Assembly (NCBI RefSeq): GCF_963921235.1
Contig: NC_086110.1
Location: forward strand, 9,734,001 to 9,798,000
Direction: 5' to 3'
Origin: Mobula hypostoma
Lineage: Eukaryota
Length of the DNA stretch: 64,000 nt
A program made the position numbers and the translations under genes. Positions 11,891 through 22,612 of the stretch are shown here, in pieces. A model generated the notes under the pieces. It made no database searches. It was not told the origin of the DNA and worked only from the letters and a program-made list of their open reading frames with translations. Position 1 is the stretch's first letter, and each line of letters begins with the position of its first letter.

Positions 11891-12654
11891 ATTTATATCT
11901 GTTGGCATCGCCGGATTTGTAGTGTAATATTATTTCAGAAGAATTTGTCAACTTGTTATTCCAGACAACTTCTGCATTATTCATCAAATGTGCATCGATT
12001 TCCGTAGAGCTATCTGTGGGAATAACATGGTACACCAGATTGCTACCATCTAGAATTTGCTTCCATTCGGGTATGCCGCATTTTAATTATCTGTAGGAGA
12101 GTTTTAGGTAATCCAGCGAAACTGTCTCATATTATTCAGATGAAAGTTGCTTATTGCGTTTCATTACATTTGGTGCCCATATATTTCACTGTTGAAACAT
12201 CCTGCATTACCAATATGGCAGCTGGATATATCCCATTTATTCTCCAGTGGCTTTCTCTAATGAAGAACTGCGTAGTCAGTCGGAAAAGTAGGCTTGTTAT
12301 TTGATGATCCGGGGGGTTATTTATTATGTCCTGTGTCATAGTACATGAATCACATAAATCGATCATGTTTGATGTTTGTACACGATATCTTTGAATAAGA
12401 CGATCATAATCGGAGTTCCCTGTTGAAATCAATGTGCCAAAGCTTCATCAACCAGCAATTTCGTCACCATGCTCCAGTGTCTTCTTTTTCTCATACTGGA
12501 TACGGTACAAGAGATGTCTTTACATAACTAATTATGTGCGCAAGTAAACGAAGATCCAGACTTCTGTGTTCCTATTTGGTAACATTTCGCTATGTTGATT
12601 ATCAGTTATAGTTCCTTTTTCTTTAAAACATTCCTGGACTACCTTTTCGAGTCA

Positions 12655-13095
12655 TGGCGTCATAGAAACGTACAGTGGAGAAATAGGCTATTCTGCCCAT
12701 CTAGTCCGTGTCTAAATATTTAAACTGCCGCCTGCAATGGACCTGCACCCGAACCTGCTCAGTGAAGAATATTTCCCTCTTATTGCCCTTAAACTTTTCA
12801 CCTTTAACCCTTAACACATTCCCTCTGGTTGTAGTCCCATGCAACCTCAGTGGAAAAATCCTGCCTGCATTTCCCCCATCTATACCCCTCATAATTTTGC
12901 GTCCCGCTTTCAAATCTCTCCTCAGTCTTCTACGTTCCAACAAATAGTCGTAACCTATTCAACCATTCATTATAACTCAGTTCCTCCAGTCCCGATAACA
13001 TCCTAGCATTTTTTCTGAATTCTTTAAACTTATCTATATATTTCCTGTAGGGAGGTGACCGAAACTGGACGCAGTTGTCCAAATTAGGCCTCACC
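12655..13095 (-). mobile_element. CR1 3'-end fragments (degenerate)
   Basis: LERRRLRRDL...IMRGID...LRVKGEKFKG and KTLVRPNLDNCVQFRSP on the minus strand. Confidence 0.85.
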
Positions 13096-13911
13096 AACGT
13101 CTTAATAGTCGGAGTTTTAAAGCATTGCATGGCGGCCAGTTCGACAGATCGGAAGCCTGAGGAGATGTCGTTCACTCAGTTTAGGAAAGGCAGTGGCTCG
13201 CGGCGTTTTGGAGCTCTGAAGAATGGCAAATCAGGGCTCAGGAATAATTGGCAACAAGTTAAAAAAAAGACAGCGGCAAGCGGAGTGGCCATCGTCGCAG
13301 CGATCCTGTTGGAATGGAGATTTTGAGATTTTAGCTCCTCGAGGCTTGAGCGAGAGAAGGCAAAGGAGCTGTAGGTAGAGATACTGCCCGCCCCCCGCCC
13401 CCCGCCCCCGCCACACACACACACACCACCCCATCCCCTTTTATACATTTGCTAAGTTGGAACAGTGGAGATATCAGGTAGGATAGTGGAATGCTCCCCT
13501 TGCAGGCTATGGGAAGGCAGGGAGACTTCCAGTGTTCCTAACGCCTACACACGCGGGAATGCATCCAGATGCAGTATATAACACTCCACGTTAAGGAACT
13601 AGATGAACACCGGATCATTTGGGAGGCTGGGGGCGGGGTGGTGGGAGATGATAAATACGACATATAGAAAGGTAGTTGCACCCGAAGTTCAGGAAACAGG
13701 AAACTGGGTGACAGTGTGGAAGGTGAAAAGAGTTAAACAGCCATCCCCCTCAACAACAAGTTTATCAGTTTGTATACTGTTGGGGGAGAATGACCAAGCA
13801 TTGGAAAGTCACAGTGATCAGGTCTCTGGCACTGAATCTGATTCTGTGATTCAGAAAGGAAGAGGGGAGAAGAGGCCAGCTGTGGTGATGGGAGATTCAT
13901 TAGTTAGGGAA

Positions 13912-14304
13912 CTCTGTCAGGTGGGACTCATTAGCCTTGGGCGGCCCGTCTAGAAGAAGGAAAATTCTGATTTTAAAACTCCGCTTCCTTGCGGCCACAC
14001 TCACCCACGGGAAAGCCTTCGGGAGTAAACACTGAAGAAGAAATCTGGAGCCGGGGTCCCTAATGCAGTTTGATGTCGTTTACAACTTCACTCTGGCAAC
14101 CTCTGCGACGACATTGGTGCCAGGCTGTATCGGCGCTTGCCCCTCCCTTGGACCACATCAGTGACGTGGAGAGGGAGAACCTGCTACATGGGCAACAGCC
14201 GGTTCTTCAAATCTTCCCGCCCAGGCTTGTGCACTGGAGACGACACAGTCCACCAGAGGCACAAACCCATGATCCCCTGGGATCGACGGCTGCCTGCTAC
14301 TACA
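13912..14304 (+). mobile_element. Short non-LTR retroposon (SINE- or RTE-UTR-like) with TSD
   Basis: 10-bp TSD AGTTAGGGAA at 13902-13911 and 14305-14314; 3' end ...ctgctactaca, a (CTA)-type tail. No ORF or clear tRNA head. Confidence 0.75.
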
Positions 14305-15778
14305 AGTTAGGGAAACAGAAAGAAGGTCATGTGAACGAGGATATGACTCTAGGATGGTATGTGGCCTCCAGCTGCCAAGATCCGATCGAATCCTCAGCAT
14401 TGTTAAGTAGGAGGGTGAATAGTTAGAGATAGCGGTAACAATGACATAGCTAGGAAGAGTGAGGACGTTCTGTAAAAGGAGTTCACGGCTTTAGGTGCTA
14501 ATTTAAAGGGCAAGACCTCCAGGGCTGAGATATTAGGATTATTACCCGTGCCACTTGCTAGTGAGGCCAGAAACAGGAAGATTATACAGTTGAACACTAG
14601 GCTAAGGAATTGGTATAGGAGGGTGAGCATAAGATCATTGAGCTCACTTCAAGGGAAGTGGGACCTGTACAGAAGAGACAGTTTGCACCTAAACTGGATG
14701 GAGACTAATATAGAACAGGGGCGGAGGAACTAGAGTAACAGGGAGATGGGAACCGGAGTGTCAGAACAGGTAATGGAGAGGTTGTGGAGAGAGAGGTTGG
14801 TAAGACCTCAGCCAAAGTCAGGAATCACAAAGTTCATTATGGTGCGACTGATATCCTGAGTTGCATATATTTAAAAGTAATAAGTATCAGCTCAGGACAT
14901 GGATCAACACCTCGAATTATGTTGTTGTGGCCATTAGTTAGGAAGGGCTGGCAGTTGAATATTCCTGGGTTCTGTTGTTTTAGCCGCGGCAGAGCGAGGG
15001 GATTAAAGGAGGAGGGGTAGTTTACTAGTCAGGAAAAATATTGCAGCAGTGCTCAGCCAGGATAGATTGGGAAACCCCAGTAAGGGGTTGTGAGTGGAAC
15101 TGAGAAATACGAGGTGTGTGACCACGTTCATGGGGCTATTTTACAGACCAACCAACTATCCGAGGGTCTTGGGGGAACATATTTGGAGAGAGATTGAAGG
15201 CTGTTGCAAGAAACATAAGGTTGTTATAGTAAGTGATCCTAACGTTCCGGATATTGATTGGGACTCTTGTACAATAGAAGAACGAGGTGGATTAGAGTTT
15301 GTCATATGTGTTCAGGAGAGTTTCCTTGTTCAGTACGTAGAAGTCGCAATGACAGAGTGTGTGATTCTTCATCTGCTATTAGAAAATAAGACAGGACAGG
15401 AGACAGAAATTTGTGTAGGTAAACACTTTACAATTTTTCACTACAGTACCATTAGATTCAAAATAAATAAGCAACAGGATAGGTTTGGTCCGCGGGTTGT
15501 AATTCTAAATTAGGGAAAGGCCCATTATATGGTATCAGAAATGATCAGACAAGTGTAGATTGGGACAGGCTATTTTATGGCAATTGTGTAGTGATAAGTT
15601 GGGAGCCTTCCGAAATGAAATGTGGAGAGTAAACAATTGTCAGAATAAAAGGTAAGGTAACAAGTGTAAGGAACGTTGGTTTTCAAGGGTTACTGAGGCC
15701 CTGGTTAAGAGAGAAAATGGAGGCCTGTTGCATGTATAGGCAGGAAGGAACAAATGTGTGGCTGATGGAGCATAAGAC

Positions 15779-16166
15779 TGTCGTGGTCCCGTCTGGCACT
15801 TCCCCACCTTGCTATTACCTCAGTAATTGGGCCTCAATCCCCTCGTCTAATTTTCCATCAATCTCTGTTCCACTAATTACACACACCTGCCTTCAATCAG
15901 TAAATGCAGTATAAAAACCCTGTAATCACAAGGAGCTGCCAGTCCATTGGTCGACTCTTGAGTGAGTAACCTCGTTTCATGTTTCTTTAGGACTGTCAGT
16001 TCTAAGTCCCGCTTCGTTTTCCTGGATTCTCTACATGAACCTTGTCTCCGTGTAAAGACTGTCCAGAATACCTATTCCACGCTCGCGACTGTGCTAACGC
16101 CTCTCGATCCTACCTCCGTGCCTGTGTCCAACACTTTGGGTCGTCCTCAGCTCTGTCATTGCAACA
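15779..16166 (+). mobile_element. Solo LTR (Gypsy-type)
   Basis: Begins TGTCGTGG and ends TGCAACA; near-TSD AAGAC/AAGCC; internal TATA-like gtataaaaa. The host CR1 sequence resumes on both sides. Confidence 0.8.
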
Positions 16167-16319
16167 AAGCCATGCAAGAGAATACTTAAGAAAAATATCA
16201 GGAGGGCTAGAAGAGAGATGAGGTTGCCTTGCAGACAAGGTGTAGGAGTGTAAGGAAATCTGCAGGTATTTAAAGAGAAATGGGATTGCAAGATACACCC
16301 TCCCATCCATGTACATATC

Positions 16320-16560
16320 TAAATTTTGTATACCTTTGTCAAATCTCCGCACAATCTTCCACATTCTGAGGAATAAAGTCTTAAACTATTCAGTCTTCCA
16401 GATCCTCCAGATCCGGTAATATCCTTGTATATTATTTTCTGTTCTCTTTCGACCTTATTTACATCCTTCCTGTAGGTAAGTGACCAAGTATGCACACAAT
16501 AGTCCAAAATAGATTTCTTAAACTACTTAATCTTAAATTGTTTAATTTGAAACAACTGCA
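16320..16560 (-). mobile_element. CR1 3' fragment (degenerate)
   Basis: YCVHTWSLTYRKDVNKVER...GDLTKVYKI. Confidence 0.75.
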
Positions 16561-16789
16561 ACAAATCATAAACACGAGAAAGTCTGCAGGTGCTGTAAAT
16601 CCAAAGCAATACACACAGAATATTGGAGGAACTCAGCAGGTCAGGCAGCATCTATGGAAATAAATAAGAAGTCGGTGTTTTGGGCCGAGGCTCTTCTTCG
16701 GGACTGGAAAGGATAAAGAAGGTGAGGGGAGAGGAAGGAGTAAAGTTAAAAGGTCAAAGGTTAAACCACATCGGAAGGAAAGCAGGCTG

Positions 16790-17232
16790 AGGGTAGCAGA
16801 AACCAACAGAATCAACAAACTCATTCGTAAGGCCAGTGATGGAACTGGACTCTCTCACGGTGGTGTCTGAAAAGAGGATGCTGTCTAAGTTGCATGCCAT
16901 CTTGGTCAATGTCTCCCATCCACTACATAACGAACTGGGTGGGCACAGGAGTACATTCAGCCAGAGACTCATTCTGCTGAGATGCAGCACAGAGCATCAT
17001 AGGAAGTCATTCCTGCCTGTGGCCATCAAACCTTACAACTCCTCCCTTGGAGGGTCAGACACCCTGAGCCAATAGGCTGGTACTGGACTTATTTCATAAT
17101 TTACTGGCATAATTTACATATTACTATTTAACTATTTATGGTTCTATTACTATTTATTATTTATGGTGCAACCGTAACGAAAACCAATTTCTCCCGGGAT
17201 CAATAAAGTATGACAATGACTATGACTATAAA
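16790..17232 (+). mobile_element. Rex1/Babar-type LINE 3' end
   Basis: ELDSLTVVSEKRMLSKLHAIL...HPLH...RLILLRCSTEHHRKSFLPVAIK, then AATAAA and a (TATGAC)n tail. Confidence 0.75.
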
Positions 17233-17234
17233 CA

Positions 17235-18150
17235 ATGGTTGGGAGGAAAGAATCTGATTGGAGAGGAGAGTGGACCATAGGAGAAAGGGAAGGCGGAAAG
17301 GATCTCGGGTGTGGTAATAGACCAGTGAGAAGAGACAGGAGGCCAGATTAGGGAATACAAGGAAGAGGGCGGGAATTGTTTCTTCGCGGAAGAAGAAATC
17401 AATTTTTTTTGCCATCAGGATGGAGGCTAAAACAACTGAGTATAAGGTTTTGCTTTTCCACCCTGAGGATGGCCTCACAAGAGAAGGCCATGGGCCCACA
17501 TGTCGGAACAGGAATGGGAATGGGAATTAAAATATTTGGCCAGGGCGAAGTTCCAGTTTTGGCGGATGAAGATAAGGTGCTCAAAAAGTGGTCCCTCAAT
17601 TTATCACGGGTCTCATCAATGTAGAAGAGGCCGCATCAGGAGCACCAAACGCAATGGACGAACCTAGCAGATTCGCAGGTGAACTGCTGTCTCACCTGGA
17701 AGGACTGTTTGGGGATATGAATCAAGGTAAGAGGGAAGGTGAATGGGCAGGAGCAGCAATTTGGCCGCATGCAGATATTAGTGTCAGGAGGAACTAATGG
17801 ACAAGGGAATCATGAAGGGAGCGATGAATTGCAGAAGTGGAGTGGGGTGGCGGGGATGTAAAGATATGTTTGATGGTGGGATCCTTTGCAGATGGTGAAA
17901 GTTGCGGCTGATGGTGTGTCAGATTCGGAGGCTCCTGTGGTGGTAGAGAAGATGGGGTGAGCGTGGATGTTCGGGAAATGGGAGAGATGCGAGTGAATGC
18001 TGCACCTATGGTGGAGGAAGAAGGAGAAGATCTCTGATGTCCTAGAATGGAAAGCAGCATCCTCGAAACAGATGAGGCGGAGACGATGGAACTGAGAAAA
18101 GGGAATAGCATTTTTAGAGGAGACAAGATGGAAAGAGGCATAGTCAAGAT
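17235..18150 (-). mobile_element. Penelope-like element 3' fragment
   Basis: Minus-strand degenerate RT thumb to GIY-YIG region (TIKHIFTSPP...HRSLHDSLVH; LRCSKVEEQNLILSCFSLHPDG) and a pyrimidine-rich tail. Confidence 0.7.
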
Positions 18151-18168
18151 AACTGTGGAAATCTTTAG

Positions 18169-18171
<3 letters not shown>

Positions 18172-18200
<29 letters not shown>
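18172..18200. repeat. (TA)n microsatellite
   Basis: Directly visible. Confidence 0.98.
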
Positions 18201-18202
<2 letters not shown>

Positions 18203-18250
18203 ATACCTGTATTAGTCCTATATCTCTACTTTAGGTAAATCATTTTAACA

Positions 18251-18256
18251 TTTAAT
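18251..18256 (-). terminator. Candidate polyadenylation signal ATTAAA of gene A
   Basis: Minus-strand ATTAAA about 56 nt downstream of the proposed stop codon at 18312-18314. Confidence 0.35.
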
Positions 18257-18311
18257 AATAACACTGAAACAAATGAAGATAGGTAGCCAGATAACTATCA
18301 TTCGTCTCAGA

Positions 18312-18442
18312 TCATGTTGAAAACAGAAGCTGCGCCAATTCTTTCCATCGCCGTAAATTCCACCAGATACAAGAATTCTCGAGAACGAAAAGGTGTTCGT
18401 GAGAAAACAGATGCATGGTCAACTGGGTATGGTCCTCTTCAT
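18312..18442 (-). CDS. Gene A (NKp30/NCR3-like Ig receptor) exon 5, terminal cytoplasmic exon
   Basis: Acceptor cattatatttcgttccAG, homologous to the exon 4 acceptor. The phase-1 frame is open: (N)EEDHTQLTMHLFSHEHLFVLENSCIWWNLRRWKELAQLLFST*. A phase-0 reading gives MKRTIPS*. Confidence 0.55.
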
Positions 18443-19400
18443 CTGGAACGAAATATAATGACACGATAATTCAGCACCATTTGCGGAATTGTTTACGCAA
18501 TGATTACAAATATACTTATCATAGTACCCAATGTGCCAGATCCCCAGAATCTCTTAAGCTAAAGAAACTAATGGACTAGTTTAAGCGCAACGTGACACGA
18601 TGGCACAATAGTTATCTGATCTATCACTATTCCAGTGACCGCGGTTCAATTATGATCTCAAGAGCTTCAACATACTCCGGGTGATCGTATCTGTTTCTCA
18701 AAGGTCCCCAGTGTCCTCCCATATATCAAAATGATGGTGTTAAATGAATGTTTTAAAACTGCATGACGGCTTAAAAAATTACAATGATGTTTCTGAATAC
18801 AAAAGAATAATTATAGCAGCTATTATTGGAAAATGCAAATGCACACATTGTATTTTCTACAATATTTACTATGTAACCACTGTTAGCTCATTAGAAGGTA
18901 TTCACTATGTAGCCATGACTTTTGACCTGTTCACTATTAATTCATGAAGAGAACTAGAATGAAATCAAATAGAAAGATAACGGTGGCGGGTAAGATGATG
19001 AAATATGTGGCAGTATGTCAATGCAAGGCTAATTAAGAAAAAACTGTGGTTAGGGATGAGAAGACATATGGTCCAAAAATGTACACTAGGACATAATTGA
19101 ATTGGGGTGTAAAACAATAGTGGAAAGTCAAGAGCGGATGTATTGATGATATGTAATCACAGGCCGATTGGATATGATAATGTAACTAAGATAGGAGAAT
19201 TGCTATAAAAAATGCTATGTACAAGGTTCGACGTGCAGTCAGCATCTAGCTTTCTGATTGTCTCAGCTTTGATTTGCAAATTAAAGTTTAAAACTACTTC
19301 AAAGATTTTCTGCGTCACCTTGGCGTTTGTGAGAAACCACGACACTATCAACACAAGAGATAATTTAGTTTACGTCATTTAAGTACATATGATGAAACGC

Positions 19401-19401
19401 A

Positions 19402-19436
<35 letters not shown>
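19401..19436. repeat. (AAAT)n microsatellite
   Basis: Directly visible. Confidence 0.98.
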
Positions 19437-19598
19437 GTTCCAAGTAGACGTCTTAACACGATTTGATTGGTTGTTAGCGACAGGAAGAATAAGCAGACTA
19501 CGTAAGCACAAACTGTTGTAAAAAGACTCTCGTTAATTCTGTCCAGATCAGATCGTCCAGAATATACGGCGTTATATGTACGCATGAACAAACCTCAC

Positions 19599-19631
19599 TA
19601 TGATTCGCTTTCGTAAAGCATTCCTGGTTAC
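19599..19631 (-). CDS. Gene A exon 4, short cytoplasmic exon
   Basis: Acceptor tcattatatttcgttccAG; 33 nt, phase 1-1, encoding (G)NQECFTKANH; donor GTGAGG. An alternative donor GTTTGT lies 5 nt further. Confidence 0.55.
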
Positions 19632-19829
19632 CTGGAACGAAATATAATGACATAAAAATGTAGCACCATTCGTAAAATTGTTAACGAAATGATCGTAAAG
19701 ATACTTATAGTAGCACACAAATGTCAGCATCTGCAGAATCTCTTGTATTGGCTTTTGCCCAACGTGTCACAGGAGCGCAATAGTTATTCCACCGCAACCA
19801 CTTCCAGCGATCTCAGGTCCGTTGTGATC

Positions 19830-20070
19830 TCAGATGTTTCCACATTCTCCGAGAAATCGCATGTGTTTCTCTAAAGTATCCCGGGAACCTCCCTCATCCA
19901 TAGTAATAGAAGTTAAGTGAACTGGCAACTCTAAATTTCCTGAAGTATGTGTTATTGGCAGAGAATCGTGGGCGTACCTTGTTACAGGGGAATAAATTGG
20001 AGCTTCAAATCCTGTGAAAGCAGGCACAAAGCACAGTAGGCCAAATGTCCTCCCTGTCTATGAGTAGCTA
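19830..20070 (-). repeat. Degenerate SINE-like repeat in gene A intron 3
   Basis: Resembles the common fish/shark SINE body (gcatgtgtttctc...ccgggaacctccc...caatttagagttgccagttcac). A related copy lies on the + strand at ~18600-18730. Confidence 0.45.
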
Positions 20071-20377
20071 CATATTTTGCAAAAAAAAATTCACGATTTC
20101 TTTGCTTACACCAATCGCATTTTCTTGTTCCGGAAAATAGGGTATTCGTTTGGCATGCGAACGAAATATATGGCGAGAGAATTGGAAAAGATAATTAACC
20201 ACGTCATAGTCTGGCCGAGAATTGAATGCTTGACTTCTGCTAAATATCTGAAATACGTGACCCAGACATTGCAGTTAAGAGAAACCCCAGTGATGATTGT
20301 GCTGTCCTGGAAAAGACGGGGAAATGTGTTTTTTTTTGTCGTGCTTGTGGATTTGGGAAATGTTCTGTAAATCATAC

Positions 20378-20491
20378 CCTTTCTTTCCTGCTTTCGGCAC
20401 AGCGTCCCAGTGACGATCATTAGCAGTAGAATCGCCGGTCCGCCCATCGCACAACGGAGAAACCAAATGGAAGGAGAGTTGCCAGAGGAAC
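20378..20491 (-). CDS. Gene A exon 3, transmembrane exon with intramembrane Arg
   Basis: Acceptor ttctttcaaacttccAG, donor G|GTATGA; 114 nt, phase 1-1, open. Encodes (G)SSGNSPSIWFLRCAMGGPAILLLMIVTGTLCRKQERK: a hydrophobic span with R near its N-terminal end, then a basic stop-transfer segment. Confidence 0.85.
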
Positions 20492-20879
20492 CTGGAAGTT
20501 TGAAAGAATATACGTTGTGGAAGCTGAGAAGTAAATATATAACTCTCTTTTCTGAGAGGAGATGAAGGGTCGCTGCTGGTGCTCGTGCTAGTGGTGGCGT
20601 TGGGGTGTGTGAATAATAGCGGATAGGACAACACAACAGAACATAAAAATATAAGAGAAAATTAGTAAATAAAATACACAGCGCTCTGTTTATCAAAATA
20701 AACCCCGTAGTTATTCTGATATTGGACAATTAAAGTGTGTTTAATTGATCTCAGGCTCCATGTGACTATGGCTGATGGATTGCACATGATAAGAGGATTG
20801 TAGCAGCAGTGTCTGAAACAATTTTCCCAATTTTCCCAGTGCAGGATTGACACAATATATAGATAAGCCTGCAAGAGGA

Positions 20880-22085
20880 GAGGCTGTACTTGATCTGGCA
20901 CTGGAAAATTAACCTGGTCAGGTGTCAGATCTCGCAGTGGGAGAGCATTTTGGAGATAGTGATCACAATTCTATCTCCTTTACCATAGCATTGGAGAGGG
21001 ATAGGAGCAGACAAGTTAGGAAAGCGTTTAATAGGTGTAAGGGGAAATATGCAGCTATCAGGGAGGAACTTGAAAGCAGAAACTGAGAACGGATGTTTTC
21101 AGGAAAATGTACGGAAGAACTGTGGCAAATGTTCACGGGATATTTACGTGGAGAGAACTGGAGTTGAGATACTTTATATGTCTCAAATGGAAATCTGATG
21201 GAAACTAGAAACGGAACGGAAACCCCTGCAAACAGTTCAACTGAAAGGTACGGAATCACTGGCAAAGAATGATTTTTTTTCCAAATGGAACACAGAAGAA
21301 ATATCAATACACGTGGGTGGACATGCAAATACAAAGTACATTAAATGTAAAAATTGGTTGCAGAGCAGTGTTTTAATTAATGCCTGTCTTGCAACCCACA
21401 GAACTCGATATTATTTAAAATCCCTTTAAATTCTAGACTAGTGAGTCATACTTCAGTGTTAGGTAAGTTGATGAAGATCCTGAGAGACAGGATTTATGAA
21501 CATTTGGAGAGGCATAAAATGATTAGGAATAGTCAGCATGGCTTTGTCAAAGGCAGGTCTTATGAGCCTGATTGAATTTTTTGAGGATGTGACTAAACAC
21601 GTTGAACCATAGATGCAGTGTATATGGGTTTCAGCAAGACATTTGATAAAGTACCCCATGCAAGGCTTATTTAGAAAGTAAGGAGGATTATTCTGAATGG
21701 AAGTCGGTGAGCAGTGGTGTGCTGCAGGGATCTGTTCTGGGACACCTACTCTTCGTGATGTTTATAAATGATGTGGATGAGGAAGTGGAGGGATAGGTTA
21801 GTAAATTTTCTGCTGACACAAAGGTTGGGGGTGTTGTGGACAGTGTGGAGGGCTGTCAGAGGATACGGGGGACATTGATAGGATGAAAACTGGGCTGAGA
21901 AGTGGCAGATGGAGTTCAACCCAGATTAGTGTGAGGTGGTTCATTTTGGTAGGTCAAATATGATGGCAGAATATAGCGTTCATGGTAAGACTCTTGGCAG
22001 TGTGGAGGATCAGAGAGATCTTAGAGTCCCAGTCCACAGGGCACTCAAAGCTGCTACACAGGTTGACTCTGTGGTTCAGAAGGTA
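20880..22085 (+). mobile_element. CR1 ORF2 fragments in gene A intron 2 (20880-21160 and 21432-22085)
   Basis: AVLDL.L.N.PGQVSDLAVGEHFGDSDHNSISF; RNSQHGFVKGRS; DAVYMGFSKTFDKVPH; VLQGSVLG; FSADTKVG. Antisense to gene A. Confidence 0.9.
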
Positions 22086-22148
22086 TAATTAGCGTGTTAC
22101 ATTCTATGTACTTTATAGATAATATGTTCTCCAGCTACTTTAGCTCAC

Positions 22149-22469
22149 CGTGAACCTTTAGAAGTGATCCGGTTCCATTTCTTGCAGGCGATTCTTTGCG
22201 GGTCAGTGAACACAGAAACAGTCCTGAATCTTGGACCATTACATTTTGCAACTCAAAGTACCAAGTTCTTTTACCTCTCCGACCGGAACGCTTTCTGCTG
22301 CCGGTGCTAGTCCGTTGGTATTCATTCTCGCCCTGTTTCCACCAGTAGACTTTTACCCAGGATTCATCCTGAGAAATGGGAAATACGCAGTAGAACGTGA
22401 CGTTCTCTCCTTTGGATACCACCGCTTCTTTGGGCGATTGAGATACATTGAACGAAGTTTGATTCGCAG
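22149..22469 (-). CDS. Gene A exon 2, germline-joined VJ-type Ig V-set domain
   Basis: Acceptor ctttcctttttAG, donor G|GTGAGC; 321 nt, phase 1-1, open. Encodes ANQTSFNVSQSPKEAVVSKGENVTFYC...VKVYWWKQ...FELQNVMVQDSGLFLC...NGTGSLLKVH: B-strand Cys, C-strand Trp, DSGxxxC and a J-like GxGxxLxV in one exon. Confidence 0.92.
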
Positions 22470-22612
22470 CTAAAAAGGAAAGGTTAATTTTAGTTAAATT
22501 GAATTTTTCATAAATGTAACCTACAGCTGATTCACAGTTAGCTTCAATATTGTGTAATCTAATCGGACATTGATTGATAAATTAAAACACGCAGAAATGA
22601 ATAAAGCTTTAC

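Larger units (their letters stand above)
13100..16330 (+). mobile_element. Old CR1 LINE 5' half (ORF1 PHD/esterase, ORF2 endonuclease), degenerate, with two nested insertions
   Basis: ORF1 remnants: a Cys-rich PHD-like segment at ~13490-13580, VVMGDSLVRE, and LLPMPLASEARNRKIIQLNTRLRNW. EN remnants MGLFYRP and DIDWDS. Interrupted at 13912-14304 and 15779-16166. Confidence 0.85.

Noticed and set aside
20106-20729. 207-aa minus-strand ORF read as a single-exon gene
   Set aside because: Only its central 38 codons, bounded by splice sites (20378-20491), look coding. The rest is intronic read-through.
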